DNA of 64,000 nucleotides from an uncultured Gemmatimonadota bacterium (GCA_964576115.1 CAZNUA010000012.1:1-64000); one strand, 5' to 3'; counted from the stretch's first letter, positions 49,569 to 59,510 are shown. Made by a program: numbers and translations. The notes: a model not told the origin generated them from the sequence alone.

Positions 49569-50890
49569 CGCGGACCTCCTTCGACCGACCGGTCGGGAAC
49601 CGGCCTTTTGGTGACCGGGCCGGGAGAAGCACCGGCCGGTTTGGCGTCCCCGGGCCGGCGGGAGAGACGTAGCGCGCGTCGATCGAGTTCGCGCTCCACC
49701 TCGGCCAGATCCACTCCGCCCCGGACCAGGGCGGTAAGGGTGAAATAGAGCAGGTCGGCCGCCTCGGCGGCGATGTCTCCGGGCTCTGAGGCGGCGGCCA
49801 GCTCGGCGGCTTCCTCGGTGAGCTTGGCCTCGAGAAGGCCGGGTTCGGTGAGCAGGCGGCGGGTGTAGGAGCCCTCCGGAGCGCTGTGGCGGCGGCCGGT
49901 CAGGCGGCGGGCCAGGGTGGGAAGTCCCCCGACCGGTCCCCAGCACGACCAGGTGCCGAGATGGCAGAAACCCGGCTCGGACTGACGCACGGTGAAGAGC
50001 AGTGTGTCGCGGTCGCAGTCGGGAGTTACGGACAGCAGACTCTGGCTGGCCCCTGAACTCTCGCCCTTGATCCAGAGGCCGCGGGAGCGGCTGCGGTAGA
50101 TACCGCGCCGCTCCCGGAGAGCGGCTTCGAGACTCTCGGCATCCGAATACGCCAGACCGAGAGCGCGGCCGTGTTCATCGGCTACGACCGTCGGCCAGAG
50201 CCCGTCGGGCCGGTCGCTCACCAGGACGGCCGCCACCGCTTCGGCAAGCGACAGGCGTCCGGTGTACAGCGCCATGCCGACCTGGGCGTCGACACCCAGG
50301 CGGTCGAGCTCGGCTACTTCGCCGGCGGTCGTGATCCCCCCGGCCACGGTCAGGGCGGTTTCGGGTACGGCCCGGTGCAGCCGGCGCACTCGTTCCAGGT
50401 CGATTCCGGCAAGCCGCCCCTCGCTTTCGACCAGGGTGACCAGGAAGCCGCCGACCAGACCCTCGAGCTCAGCCATCCGCTCCTCGATGCCGCGCCCGGT
50501 GCCTCGGCGCCAGCCATCCACCACCACCTCGCCCTCGCGGGCGTCGAGCGCGGCCACGACCCGTTCGGGAGGCAACTGCGCCAGCACCTCGGGTTCGGCG
50601 GCAGTGCCGAGCACGACCCGCACGGCCCCGGCGTCGAGCCAGGCCCGGGCCGTGTCGGCATCCCGGATGCCGCCCCCCACCCGGCAGGGGGCCAGGGAGA
50701 GTAGTGCCCGGATCAGGGCGGCGTTCGAACCCCGCCCCAGAGCGGCGTCGAGATCCACGACCGCGATCTCGCCCAGGATCCCGAAACGTTCGGCCAGAGG
50801 GCGGGGATCGCCGGCGTCGAGCACTTTCTCGGCTCCTCCGACGAGCTGAACCGCCCGGCCGTCCATGAGATCGATCGAGGGCACGATCAC
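49565..50890 (-). CDS. HisA-HisI-HisE fusion protein
   Basis: HisA-like barrel VPSIDLMDGRAVQL/VGGGIR/ALDAR/VAGG; HisI SRSR..LWIKGESSG, DCDRD, CH...SC; HisE SYT...EEAAEL...EAADLLY; GTG overlaps the hisF stop. Confidence 0.88.
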   Translation of the reverse strand: MIVPSIDLMDGRAVQLVGGAEKVLDAGDPRPLAERFGILGEIAVVDLDAALGRGSNAALIRALLSLAPCRVGGGIRDADTARAWLDAGAVRVVLGTAAEPEVLAQLPPERVVAALDAREGEVVVDGWRRGTGRGIEERMAELEGLVGGFLVTLVESEGRLAGIDLERVRRLHRAVPETALTVAGGITTAGEVAELDRLGVDAQVGMALYTGRLSLAEAVAAVLVSDRPDGLWPTVVADEHGRALGLAYSDAESLEAALRERRGIYRSRSRGLWIKGESSGASQSLLSVTPDCDRDTLLFTVRQSEPGFCHLGTWSCWGPVGGLPTLARRLTGRRHSAPEGSYTRRLLTEPGLLEAKLTEEAAELAAASEPGDIAAEAADLLYFTLTALVRGGVDLAEVERELDRRALRLSRRPGDAKPAGASPGPVTKRPVPDRSVEGGPR

Positions 50891-51708
50891 GGCCGCACCC
50901 TCACGCCCCGGTCGGCCAGCCAGGCTTTGAGATCGGCGACCGTCAGCTCGTCGTCGTGGAAGATCGAGGCCGCCAGTACGGCCGCGGCGCCGGTCTCGAG
51001 GGCGGCCAGCAGGTGTTCGGGGCCCGCCGCGCCGCCCGAGGCGATGACCGGTACCCCGACGGCCCCGGTCACGGCCGCGAGTAGCTCCAGATCGTACCCG
51101 TGGCGGGTGCCGTCGCGATCCCAGCTGGTCAGCAGTATCTCTCCAGCTCCCAGATCGGTCCCGATCCGGCACCAGCTCACCGGATCGAGATGACGCCGTT
51201 CGGTTCCCGACTCGATCACCACCTCCCACACCGCTTCGCTGTTCCCCGCGACCGGTTCGCTGCGACCGGAGTCCGGGACCGTTCCGGCATCCGGCCCGGG
51301 CCGGGGCCGGCGGGCGGCATCCACCGCCAGCACGGTGCATTGCCGGCCGAAGGCTTCGGCCAGCTCGATCAGCAACTCGGGCCGGCGAACGGCGGCCGAG
51401 TTGACCGCTACCTTGTCAGCCCCCGCCTCGATCAGGTCGGCCGCCGCCGCCACGCTCCCGACTCCTCCGCCGACGGTCAGCGGGATCGCGAGCCGGCGAC
51501 GGACGCGGCGCACCGTATCCAGAGCGGTCCGGCGGCCTTCGGGGGTGGCCGAGACGTCGAGGATGACGATCTCGTCGGCCCCCTGGGCGGCATAGAGTTC
51601 GGCCCGTTCGGCGGGCGAGCCGGCGTCGCGCAGATCGGCGAAGCGCACTCCCTTCACGATCCGGCCGGCATCGATATCCAGGCAGGGAATGATCCGGACA
51701 CTCAGCAT
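50887..51708 (-). CDS. hisF: Imidazole glycerol phosphate synthase cyclase subunit
   Basis: RIIPCLD, GADE, PLTVGGG, GAGEILLTSWDRDGT, VIASGG and LAASIFH. Confidence 0.95.
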   Translation of the reverse strand: MLSVRIIPCLDIDAGRIVKGVRFADLRDAGSPAERAELYAAQGADEIVILDVSATPEGRRTALDTVRRVRRRLAIPLTVGGGVGSVAAAADLIEAGADKVAVNSAAVRRPELLIELAEAFGRQCTVLAVDAARRPRPGPDAGTVPDSGRSEPVAGNSEAVWEVVIESGTERRHLDPVSWCRIGTDLGAGEILLTSWDRDGTRHGYDLELLAAVTGAVGVPVIASGGAAGPEHLLAALETGAAAVLAASIFHDDELTVADLKAWLADRGVRVRP

Positions 51709-52328
51709 GCCGCACCCCCTTGCGGTCCGGTTCCGAGCCACCGTTGCAGCAGAGCGATGCCCCAGCCCCCGGAGAGTTCGGGGTGAAACTGGCAGGCCAG
51801 GACGCCGCCGCGCTCCAGGGCCGCCACGAACCGGCCTCCGTGATCGGCATGGGCACAGCGCCAGCCGGCGGGAGCGCGTTCGAGCCGGTAGGAATTGGCG
51901 AAGTAGGCATGGCCCGGTTCGAGCAGGGTGCAGTCCCGGTCGGGGGTGATCAGGTTCCAGCCCAGCTGCGGTACCGGGACCGAACCGGGAAAGCGGATGG
52001 CGGTGCCGGGGACGGCTCCGAGTCCCGGCACACCGGGACTCTCGTCACTGCCCTCTGTAAGCAGCTGCAGGCCCAGACAGATCGCCAGCAGGGGCGTGCC
52101 GGCTGCGATCCGTTCGCCGAGAGCCGCTCCCGTGCCGTCGGCTTCGAGGCGCTCCATGGCCCGGGCGAAAGCGCCGACTCCGGGCAGAACGACCCGGGGG
52201 GCTGTGCGCACCTCGGCCGCCGAGCGGGCCAGCCGGACCGCGGCTCCGGCCCGTTCCAGACCGGCCCGGACCGAGGCCAGATTGGCTGTGCCGGTGGGTA
52301 CCACCACGACCTGCGGTTCACAGGTCAT
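51702..52328 (-). CDS. hisH: Imidazole glycerol phosphate synthase glutaminase subunit
   Basis: LPGVGAF, ICLGLQLL, VPQLGWN and QFHPE. Confidence 0.94.
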   Translation of the reverse strand: MTCEPQVVVVPTGTANLASVRAGLERAGAAVRLARSAAEVRTAPRVVLPGVGAFARAMERLEADGTGAALGERIAAGTPLLAICLGLQLLTEGSDESPGVPGLGAVPGTAIRFPGSVPVPQLGWNLITPDRDCTLLEPGHAYFANSYRLERAPAGWRCAHADHGGRFVAALERGGVLACQFHPELSGGWGIALLQRWLGTGPQGGAAC

Positions 52329-52918
52329 GTCAGGGTCTCCTTGGTGCTGGGTAGGCGTTGCGAACCGTCGTGCTCGACGGCCCGGCGCAGGGCCAGAGCC
52401 AGGGCCTTGAAAGCCGCTTCGGCCCGGTGGTGATCGTTGGTGCCGCGCAGCACGTCTACGTGCACCGCAGCACGGGCCGTGCTCGCGAAGGAAGCGATGA
52501 TGTGGGGCACGGTCTGGCAGGCCAGCGCTCCGAGCCGCTCGCCCCGCAGATCCAGTTCGGCCACCGCCCAGGGACGGCCCGAGAAATCGACCACCGCCCG
52601 GGCCAGGGCTTCGTCGAGGGGGGCATGAGCCGAGCCGAAGCGGGCGATGCCGCGTCGCTCGCCCAGGGCCCGGTCGAAGGCGGTCCCCAGGGCCAGGGCG
52701 CAGTCTTCGGCGCTGTGGTGGTCGTCCACCTCGAGATCGCCCCGGCACTCGAGGTTCAGGTCGAAGCGGGCGTGCCGGGCCAGGGTGGTGAACAGGTGAT
52801 CGAGAAAGCCGATGCCGGTGGCGACTTCGGTCTTACCCTCGCCATCCAGGTCGAGAGTCAGGCGCACCTCGGTTTCGGCGGTCATCCGCTCGATGTCGAC
52901 ACGACGACGGGGATTCAT
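52325..52918 (-). CDS. hisB: Imidazoleglycerol-phosphate dehydratase
   Basis: TGIGFLDH, GDLEVDDHHSAED, NDHHRAEAAFKA and PSTK. Confidence 0.96.
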   Translation of the reverse strand: MNPRRRVDIERMTAETEVRLTLDLDGEGKTEVATGIGFLDHLFTTLARHARFDLNLECRGDLEVDDHHSAEDCALALGTAFDRALGERRGIARFGSAHAPLDEALARAVVDFSGRPWAVAELDLRGERLGALACQTVPHIIASFASTARAAVHVDVLRGTNDHHRAEAAFKALALALRRAVEHDGSQRLPSTKETLT

Positions 52919-53973
52919 GATCTGACTCCTTTGGCGGTGGTGGCGCGGTCCGGGTGAGAATCCGGCCGCCCGGACGGTTCAGCCGGCCCGCGCAGGGCGT
53001 GCAGGGCATCCAGCAGACGTGAAAATTCGCTGTCGTTCCCGGGGCAGGTGAGGCGCAGGTAGGAGGCCAGCGCCGGTACCTCGTCGAAACGGCGTACAGC
53101 GACTCCCCGCTCGGCCAGACGCCGGTGCACCGCGCCGGCGTCGGTAAAGCGGGCGGTGACGAAGTTGGCCTGCGAGGGCAGGGGACGGGCCCCGAGGGAG
53201 CGCAGGTCGCTCTCCAGCCGGGTGCGCTCGCGCCGCACCCCGGCGACGTAACGCTGCATCGCGGTTTCGTCCCGTTCGAGACGCAGGGCGGCCAGCACTG
53301 CGCTGGGACCGGCGACGGGGTAGTTCTGCCCGGCCAGGCGCAGCCGGCCGATCAGCTCGACCGGACCGGCGGCATAACCCACCCGTAGACCGGCCAGGCC
53401 CCACGCTTTCGACAGGGTGCGCACGATGACGGCGTTGGGTTCGTCCAGGATCCGGGGTGTGGGATCATCATCGGCGAATTCGACATAGGCCAGGTCGAGC
53501 AGGACCGGAGTGTCGGGCACCGCCCGGATCAGTTCGACGAGCTGCGGGGTGTCGATCACGGCGCCGGTCGGATTGTTGGGCGAGGTCAGGACCAGCAGGG
53601 CGGTCCGCCGCCCGCAGCGACGGAGGATCGTACCGAAGGGAAAAGGTTCATCCAGCCAGGGAACCTCGACGATCCGGCCCCCGGCCAGGGAAGCGAAACG
53701 CGCCAGCATCGAAAAGGCCGGAACGGGCAGAACCATCCGGCCGCGGCCGGCCAGGGCGATCCGCATGATGCGGTCGAGAGCGTCGTTGGAACCGTTGGTG
53801 GCGATGACCCGTTCCGGGGCGATCCCGAGCCGGGCGGCCAGGAGTTCCTCGAGCGGACGCGACACGGGATAGCGGCGGAGCAGGTCGGCCGGGGCCCGGG
53901 CAAGCTCGCCCAGCAGGCCGGTGGAAGGCAGGCCCCCCTCGTTGGCGTCGAGCAGCAGGCGGGAAACGCTCAT
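52915..53973 (-). CDS. hisC: Histidinol-phosphate aminotransferase
   Basis: LDANE, RYP, SPNNPTG, DLAYVEF and RTLSKAWGLAGLRVGY. Confidence 0.93.
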   Translation of the reverse strand: MSVSRLLLDANEGGLPSTGLLGELARAPADLLRRYPVSRPLEELLAARLGIAPERVIATNGSNDALDRIMRIALAGRGRMVLPVPAFSMLARFASLAGGRIVEVPWLDEPFPFGTILRRCGRRTALLVLTSPNNPTGAVIDTPQLVELIRAVPDTPVLLDLAYVEFADDDPTPRILDEPNAVIVRTLSKAWGLAGLRVGYAAGPVELIGRLRLAGQNYPVAGPSAVLAALRLERDETAMQRYVAGVRRERTRLESDLRSLGARPLPSQANFVTARFTDAGAVHRRLAERGVAVRRFDEVPALASYLRLTCPGNDSEFSRLLDALHALRGPAEPSGRPDSHPDRATTAKGVRS

Positions 53974-54845
53974 GGGACGATCTGGGCCGGTTTGGTGACC
54001 ACGATGTCGGTGCCGCCCCGGGCCTTGATTTCGGGAATGAGGGTCGGCAGCTCGTCGCGGGGAATGGCGATCTTCACGGCATACCCGGCCTCGCCGTGCA
54101 GGGGGGCGATGGTGGGTTCGCGCATGCAGGGCAGGATTCTGACGAGGGGTTCGAGCCGTTCGGCGTCCACGTTGACTTCCACCATCACCCGCCGGCGGGC
54201 CTCGAGTACGGAGGCGAGCAGCAGCACGAACCGTTCGACCGCCTGGCGGCGGTCCGGATCCTCGAGTACGGCGGCATGGGCATAGAATCGGGTCGATGAG
54301 GACATCAGCTCGTCGAGCACATCGAGCCGGTTGGCACGCAGGGTCGAGCCGGTGGCGGTATTGTCGACGATGCAGTCGGCATCCTCGGGCGGGAAGACTT
54401 CGGTGGCGCCGTAGGAGCGGACGAAAACCGCCTCGAGCGAGTGCTTCTCGATCCAGGCCCGGGTCAGGCGCTCGTATTCGGAGGCCACGATGAGCCGCCG
54501 GGGCGGCAGCCAGCCGTCGACGATGATCTTCGAGGGGGCCGCAGCCACCACCTCGACCGGATCCAGCCCGGTATCGAGCAGCTCAACCACGCCGCCGTCG
54601 AGTTCGGCCACCCAATCGGCGCCGGTGAAACCGATGTCGCGCGAGCCCACCTGGAGCATTTCCACGATATTCTGCGGCTTCAGGATCTTGACCTCGAGCC
54701 CGGGATAGTCGGTGACGGGGCGATAGGCGCGGCTCGAGGTGCGCAGCCGGATACCGGCTTCGGCCAGCAGGGCGAGGACACCCTCCTGCATGCGGCCTTT
54801 CGGCAGCCCGAGCCGCAGGGTCGGGATTTCAGGGGACGACGTCAT
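53970..54845 (-). CDS. hisG: ATP phosphoribosyltransferase, long form
   Basis: LPKGR, GADW, GATE and DNTATGSTLRAN; C-terminal regulatory domain. Confidence 0.95.
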   Translation of the reverse strand: MTSSPEIPTLRLGLPKGRMQEGVLALLAEAGIRLRTSSRAYRPVTDYPGLEVKILKPQNIVEMLQVGSRDIGFTGADWVAELDGGVVELLDTGLDPVEVVAAAPSKIIVDGWLPPRRLIVASEYERLTRAWIEKHSLEAVFVRSYGATEVFPPEDADCIVDNTATGSTLRANRLDVLDELMSSSTRFYAHAAVLEDPDRRQAVERFVLLLASVLEARRRVMVEVNVDAERLEPLVRILPCMREPTIAPLHGEAGYAVKIAIPRDELPTLIPEIKARGGTDIVVTKPAQIVP

Positions 54846-54894
54846 CGGGGACTCCTTCTCTGCGGCCCCGACCCCGGACGACGCGTCTTCCCCG

Positions 54895-54929
54895 AAAAAA
54901 AATCGGCGCCGGCCGGAGCCGACGCCGAT
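54895..54929 (-). terminator. his attenuator terminator
   Basis: Minus strand ATCGGCGTCGGC-tccg-GCCGGCGCCGAT followed by T7, 50 nt upstream of hisG. Confidence 0.9.
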
Positions 54930-54955
54930 GGAAAAAGTACGCTGGTCGGGCGAAC

Positions 54956-55030
54956 CTACACCATCAGCCGGCCCCGGGTGGGGGGATGAGCATGATGATG
55001 ATGGCGGCTGCCCGAAATCATTCTGTCCAT
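54956..55030 (-). CDS. hisL: his operon leader peptide
   Basis: MDRMISGSRHHHHAHPPTRGRLMV*, with five CAT codons, directly upstream of the terminator and hisG. Confidence 0.88.
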   Translation of the reverse strand: MDRMISGSRHHHHAHPPTRGRLMV

Positions 55031-55039
55031 GGCGGGCCC

Positions 55040-55068
55040 AATATCCCGGACAACTCGGTTGTTGTCAA
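55040..55068 (-). promoter_or_regulatory. Putative his operon promoter
   Basis: TTGACA-17 bp-GATATT, 9 nt before the leader ATG. Confidence 0.6.
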
Positions 55069-55100
55069 GCCCCTCGCGTCTGACCGACAATAACGTGATC

Positions 55101-56189
55101 ATGGTCAGCCGCCCCTCCCGAGCAGAACCGATAGCAGACGTGCGCCTTCCTGCACTCCACTGCACCGCCGCGGCCGGCACGGCTGTCCTGGCGCTGGCGG
55201 TCCTCCTCGCTCTGCTCAACGCCTGTACCGGTCCCCCCGAGTCCCGGCCGGGCGAGGTGAAGGTGCTGGTGCTCAATTTCGATCCGCACATCCCCGAGCT
55301 CGGAAACCGGCCGGTGCACGAAGCCCTGGAGTGGAACGATCCGCGCGAGCTGGCCGAGGGATTCGCGTCGGCGGTAGCCGAAGTCAGTGGTGGAAGGGTG
55401 CGCTACCGGATCGTGGAGTGGCGCGACATCGACACCTTCATCCCCAAGACCGACGGATTCCTCTACACCGCTGACACTTTTCTGCAGTGCTGGCGCAACC
55501 GGGAGAGCTGTCACGATCCCGACGGATCGGATTACCCCCGCCTCGTCCGCGAACACGGGGTGGTACCGCTCGTCGATGAGGGCACGATCGACGAACTCTG
55601 GCTCTTCGGAGCCCCCTACTTCGGCTTCTGGGAATCGGCCATGGCCGGGCCGGGAGCCTTCTATATCAACGGCGGTGTCTACGAAGAGGTGCCCAGCCGG
55701 CGCCCGTTCGCGATCATGGGTTTCAGCTACGAACGGGGAGTAGCCGAGATGCTGCACAATCTTTGCCACCGCACCGAGGCGACCATGGAGCGGATCTACG
55801 GCGGCTGGGAGGTCGACCGGCTCGACACCAACTGGGCTCGCTTCGCGGCCAACGCCCACCAGTCGGGAGGAGTGGCGGCGGTGGGGACCTGCCACTTCCC
55901 GCCCAACGGCGAGGCCCACTACGACTACGACAATCCCCGGGTGGTGCAGAGTTCGGCTGTGGACTGGCTCGCATTTCCCGACCTGACCGGCCGCAGGGCA
56001 CCGGTTAGCTGCGAGACCTGGGGCGGCCCCGATTATCAGCTCAACTATCTGCGGTGGTGGTTCTCCCACCTGCCGCAGGCCGCCTGTACGAATTCCGACG
56101 GTCGGCTCAACAACTGGTGGGAGTACGTCTTCGGTTTCTGGATGTACGCTGCCGACGGTTCGCCGTTGACCACCGATCCGGCACCCTGA
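55101..56189 (+). CDS. Hypothetical lipoprotein, possibly metal-binding
   Basis: Lipobox LNAC; aromatic-rich body with DELWLFG and EMLHNLCHRTE; start uncertain (55101 or 55140). Confidence 0.6.
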   Translation: MVSRPSRAEPIADVRLPALHCTAAAGTAVLALAVLLALLNACTGPPESRPGEVKVLVLNFDPHIPELGNRPVHEALEWNDPRELAEGFASAVAEVSGGRVRYRIVEWRDIDTFIPKTDGFLYTADTFLQCWRNRESCHDPDGSDYPRLVREHGVVPLVDEGTIDELWLFGAPYFGFWESAMAGPGAFYINGGVYEEVPSRRPFAIMGFSYERGVAEMLHNLCHRTEATMERIYGGWEVDRLDTNWARFAANAHQSGGVAAVGTCHFPPNGEAHYDYDNPRVVQSSAVDWLAFPDLTGRRAPVSCETWGGPDYQLNYLRWWFSHLPQAACTNSDGRLNNWWEYVFGFWMYAADGSPLTTDPAP

Positions 56190-56237
56190 ATCGAGCGGGT
56201 GCCGACTGCAATCTCCGCCTGCAAGGAGGCAGATGTC

Positions 56238-59200
56238 ATGATCGCTTTCTCCCCCGTCAACCGCACCTGCCGGGGTTCGGCTCGGGCCCGGCGCGTCACC
56301 TTTATCGCTTTCCTGCTCGCCCTGGCGCTTGCGTGCGGTCCGGGCATCGTTCCCGGCACGGTTTCCCGCGTGGCGGCTCAGAGGGCTCCGGACGTAAGCG
56401 GCGAGCTGTTCGGCCAACTGGCCCTGCGCGGTATCGGACCGGCCAACATGAGCGGACGGGTGGTGGATCTGGCAGTTTTCGAGAGCGATCCAACTCTCTT
56501 CTACGTGGCCACCGCCACCGGGGGATTGTGGAAGACTGACAACAACGGGGTGACCTTTACCTGTGTCTTCGAACGTGAGGCGGTCCACTCGATCGGGGCC
56601 GTGACGCTCTGTCAGACCAATCCCGACCTGATCTGGGTCGGTACCGGTGAGCGGGCCAACCGGCAGAGTTCGGGCTGGGGCAACGGCGTCTACCGCTCCA
56701 CCGACGGAGGACGGAGCTGGCACAACCTGGGGCTGCGCGATTCCCGCCACATCGGCCGGATCGCCATCGATCCCACCGACTCCGACATCGTCTTCGTGGC
56801 GGCCATGGGCCATCTCTGGGGCCCGAATGCCGAACGCGGGCTCTACCGCACCACTGACGGCGGCCGCAGCTGGGAGCAGGTGCTCTTCATCGACGATGAT
56901 ACCGGGGTGGTCGACGTGGCCATCGATCCCGATGATCCGTCCATCGTGTACGCCGCCACCTACCAGCGGCGCCGCCGGACTTTCGGTTTTCACGGTGGGG
57001 GGCCGGGGAGCGGACTCTGGAAATCCACCGACTCCGGAAGGAACTGGTGCGAGCTCACCCGCGGTCTGCCCGAGGGGGACAAGGGCCGGATCGGTATCTC
57101 GATCTACCGCCGCGATCCGCGTATCGTGTATGTCTGCGTGGAACAGGGCTGGCGCTACAACGCCTCGACCGCCTACGGCGAGCGGCGGGCCGGCGTTTAC
57201 CGCTCGGAAGACCGCGGCGAGAACTTCACGCACATGAGCGATTGGAATCCCCGGCCGATGTACGCCAGCCAGATCTACGTCGACCCCAATGACGATCGCC
57301 GGGTCTACATGCAGAACTCCTTCAGTGTCTCGACCGACGCCGGTCAGACCTTCCACTCCATCAGCAACTCCCTGCACGGCGACGATCGCATTGTCTGGGT
57401 CGACCCGGCCGATTCCCGTCACCTGATCAAGGGCGACGACGGCGGGCTTGGAATCTCGTGGGATCGGGCCGAAAGCTTCCTCTACCTGCCTCACCTGCCC
57501 GTGAGTCAGTTCTACCGGGTGGGGGTCGACTATGCCGAGCCCTTCAATATCTACGGCGGTCTGCAGGATAACGGCAGCTGGTACGGTCCCAGTGCCACGT
57601 ATCGACGGGAGGGGATCCTGAACGAGGACTGGATCCGCACCGGGGGCGGAGACGGTTTCTTCAACGTTCCCGATCCCGCCGACGAACGCACTCTGTACAC
57701 CGAATCGCAGTACCTCATGCTCTCACGCCGCGATCTGGTGACCGGCGAGAGCCAGTCGATCCGCCCCGGCGATCCGCACGGAGCCATCGGCGCCCGCCGC
57801 AACTGGGATGCCTGGGGACCGGGGCTGCCCGAGCCGGAACTGGGCAACGCCATGGCGCCGGCCAACTGGGACGGACCTTTCATCCTCAGCCCGCACGATC
57901 CGCAGACCGTCTACGCCGGCACCGACACTCTGTGGCGGAGCACCGACCGCGGCCGGACCTGGACCTCGCTGGGGGATATGACGACCGGTACCAACCGGCG
58001 CGAGTTGCTCATCATGGGCCAGCGGCCGCATGACGAGACCCTTTCGCTCGACGACGGTATCCCCTACTGGCCGACGATCACGGCCATCGAGGAGTCGCCG
58101 GACGTGCGCGGTCTGCTGTACGTCGGCACCGACGACGGCAACCTGCAGGTTTCCGCCGATAACGGACAGACCTGGACCAACGTGGCCGACCGTTTTCCCG
58201 GCCTGCCGGGGCCCCGGTGGGTGTCCGATATCGAGGCCTCCCACTACCGGGTCGGGGTGGTGTATGCAGCCTTCGACGGGCACCGCAGCGACGACAACGG
58301 CAATTATCTCTATCGCTCCGAGGACCGGGGGCAGAACTGGCGTTCGATCACCGGCGACCTGCCCCCCGAACGAGTGGTCCGGGCTGTGCATGAGGATCCG
58401 CGCAATCCGGAGGTGCTCTGGCTGGGGACAGAATTCGGCTGCTTCGTCACGCTCGATGGCGGCGGGCACTGGGTGGAGCTGAAGAACAACCTGCCGACTG
58501 TGGCGGTCAACGACCTGCTGGTGCACCCCCGCGACAACGATCTGGTGCTCGGCACCCACGGGCGCGGCATCTGGATTCTCGACAACGTCAATGCACTGCA
58601 GGAACTCACTCCCGGGGTCGTTGCTTCTCCGGTCCATCTCTTCACCATCGAACCGGCCGTCATGATCCGCCTGCAGAGCGAAAAGGCTCACAGCGGCGAT
58701 ATGATCTTCCGCGGGCCCAACCCCCCCGCGGGAGCGATCATCGATTTCTGGCTCTCAGCCGACGACCCGGCCGACTTCTCGCTCGAGGTCCTCGACGCCG
58801 CCGGGCAGTGGGTGGCCGACGTGCGGGTGCGTTCGCCCCGGCGCGGAATCAACCGGGCTGTCTGGAATCTGCGCTGTTCCCCCTTTTATGCCGGGCCGGG
58901 CCGGGAACGAGCCGAACGTTCGGGTACCTCCTTCCTCATAACTCCGGGTGAGTACACGGTCCGCCTGCAGGGCGGGGGAACGGTTTGCGAACAGATTCTC
59001 GAGGTATCAGAGGATCCGAGGATACCGGCTACGACCACCGAACGTCGGGCCTGGACACAAAAACTCCTGAGTCTCGGCGATCTCATCCGGGACTGCGGTG
59101 TTCTCGTGCAGGAAATAAACGAAGCCGCCCCCCTGGCCGAAGCTTTGCGCGAGAGCCGACGGAACCGGGAACTCAAGACCGAAGCTGCTGAATTACAACG

Positions 59201-59510
59201 GATGGGCCGGGAACTCTCGAGCCGGATCCGCCGTCTGGCGAGCGAGATATCGGGCTGGACGGGGCTCCCCACCACCGATCAGCTGAACGAGGAAGAGTAC
59301 TTCCGGGCGATGGTGGATACCCTGCGCGAGCGCCTGGAAGCCCTGCGGGAACGGCTCGGTGAGGCTGTGAAGCCCCGGCCGGGCCTTTCGGCCCCCGACC
59401 CCCCTCATCTCCCGGTCGGATTGAGGGATTGCGGGCGGGGATCCGAACGCGAGCTGCGTCAATTTGTTACACAGAGCTCTGAAGCGCGGGAATACGGACA
59501 TAACATGTAA
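56238..59510 (+). CDS. VPS10/sortilin-like BNR-repeat secreted protein (glycosyl hydrolase-like)
   Basis: IGPANMSGRV; repeated SxDGGxSW/STDxGxTW Asp-boxes; GGLQDNGSW; THGRGIWILD; AGGAGG RBS. Confidence 0.9.
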   Translation: MIAFSPVNRTCRGSARARRVTFIAFLLALALACGPGIVPGTVSRVAAQRAPDVSGELFGQLALRGIGPANMSGRVVDLAVFESDPTLFYVATATGGLWKTDNNGVTFTCVFEREAVHSIGAVTLCQTNPDLIWVGTGERANRQSSGWGNGVYRSTDGGRSWHNLGLRDSRHIGRIAIDPTDSDIVFVAAMGHLWGPNAERGLYRTTDGGRSWEQVLFIDDDTGVVDVAIDPDDPSIVYAATYQRRRRTFGFHGGGPGSGLWKSTDSGRNWCELTRGLPEGDKGRIGISIYRRDPRIVYVCVEQGWRYNASTAYGERRAGVYRSEDRGENFTHMSDWNPRPMYASQIYVDPNDDRRVYMQNSFSVSTDAGQTFHSISNSLHGDDRIVWVDPADSRHLIKGDDGGLGISWDRAESFLYLPHLPVSQFYRVGVDYAEPFNIYGGLQDNGSWYGPSATYRREGILNEDWIRTGGGDGFFNVPDPADERTLYTESQYLMLSRRDLVTGESQSIRPGDPHGAIGARRNWDAWGPGLPEPELGNAMAPANWDGPFILSPHDPQTVYAGTDTLWRSTDRGRTWTSLGDMTTGTNRRELLIMGQRPHDETLSLDDGIPYWPTITAIEESPDVRGLLYVGTDDGNLQVSADNGQTWTNVADRFPGLPGPRWVSDIEASHYRVGVVYAAFDGHRSDDNGNYLYRSEDRGQNWRSITGDLPPERVVRAVHEDPRNPEVLWLGTEFGCFVTLDGGGHWVELKNNLPTVAVNDLLVHPRDNDLVLGTHGRGIWILDNVNALQELTPGVVASPVHLFTIEPAVMIRLQSEKAHSGDMIFRGPNPPAGAIIDFWLSADDPADFSLEVLDAAGQWVADVRVRSPRRGINRAVWNLRCSPFYAGPGRERAERSGTSFLITPGEYTVRLQGGGTVCEQILEVSEDPRIPATTTERRAWTQKLLSLGDLIRDCGVLVQEINEAAPLAEALRESRRNRELKTEAAELQRMGRELSSRIRRLASEISGWTGLPTTDQLNEEEYFRAMVDTLRERLEALRERLGEAVKPRPGLSAPDPPHLPVGLRDCGRGSERELRQFVTQSSEAREYGHNM

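Noticed and set aside
59360-59510. Atypical C-terminal tail of the VPS10-like protein
   Set aside because: It may be a lost stop codon running into the intergenic region, but nothing in the sequence distinguishes this from a natural tail.
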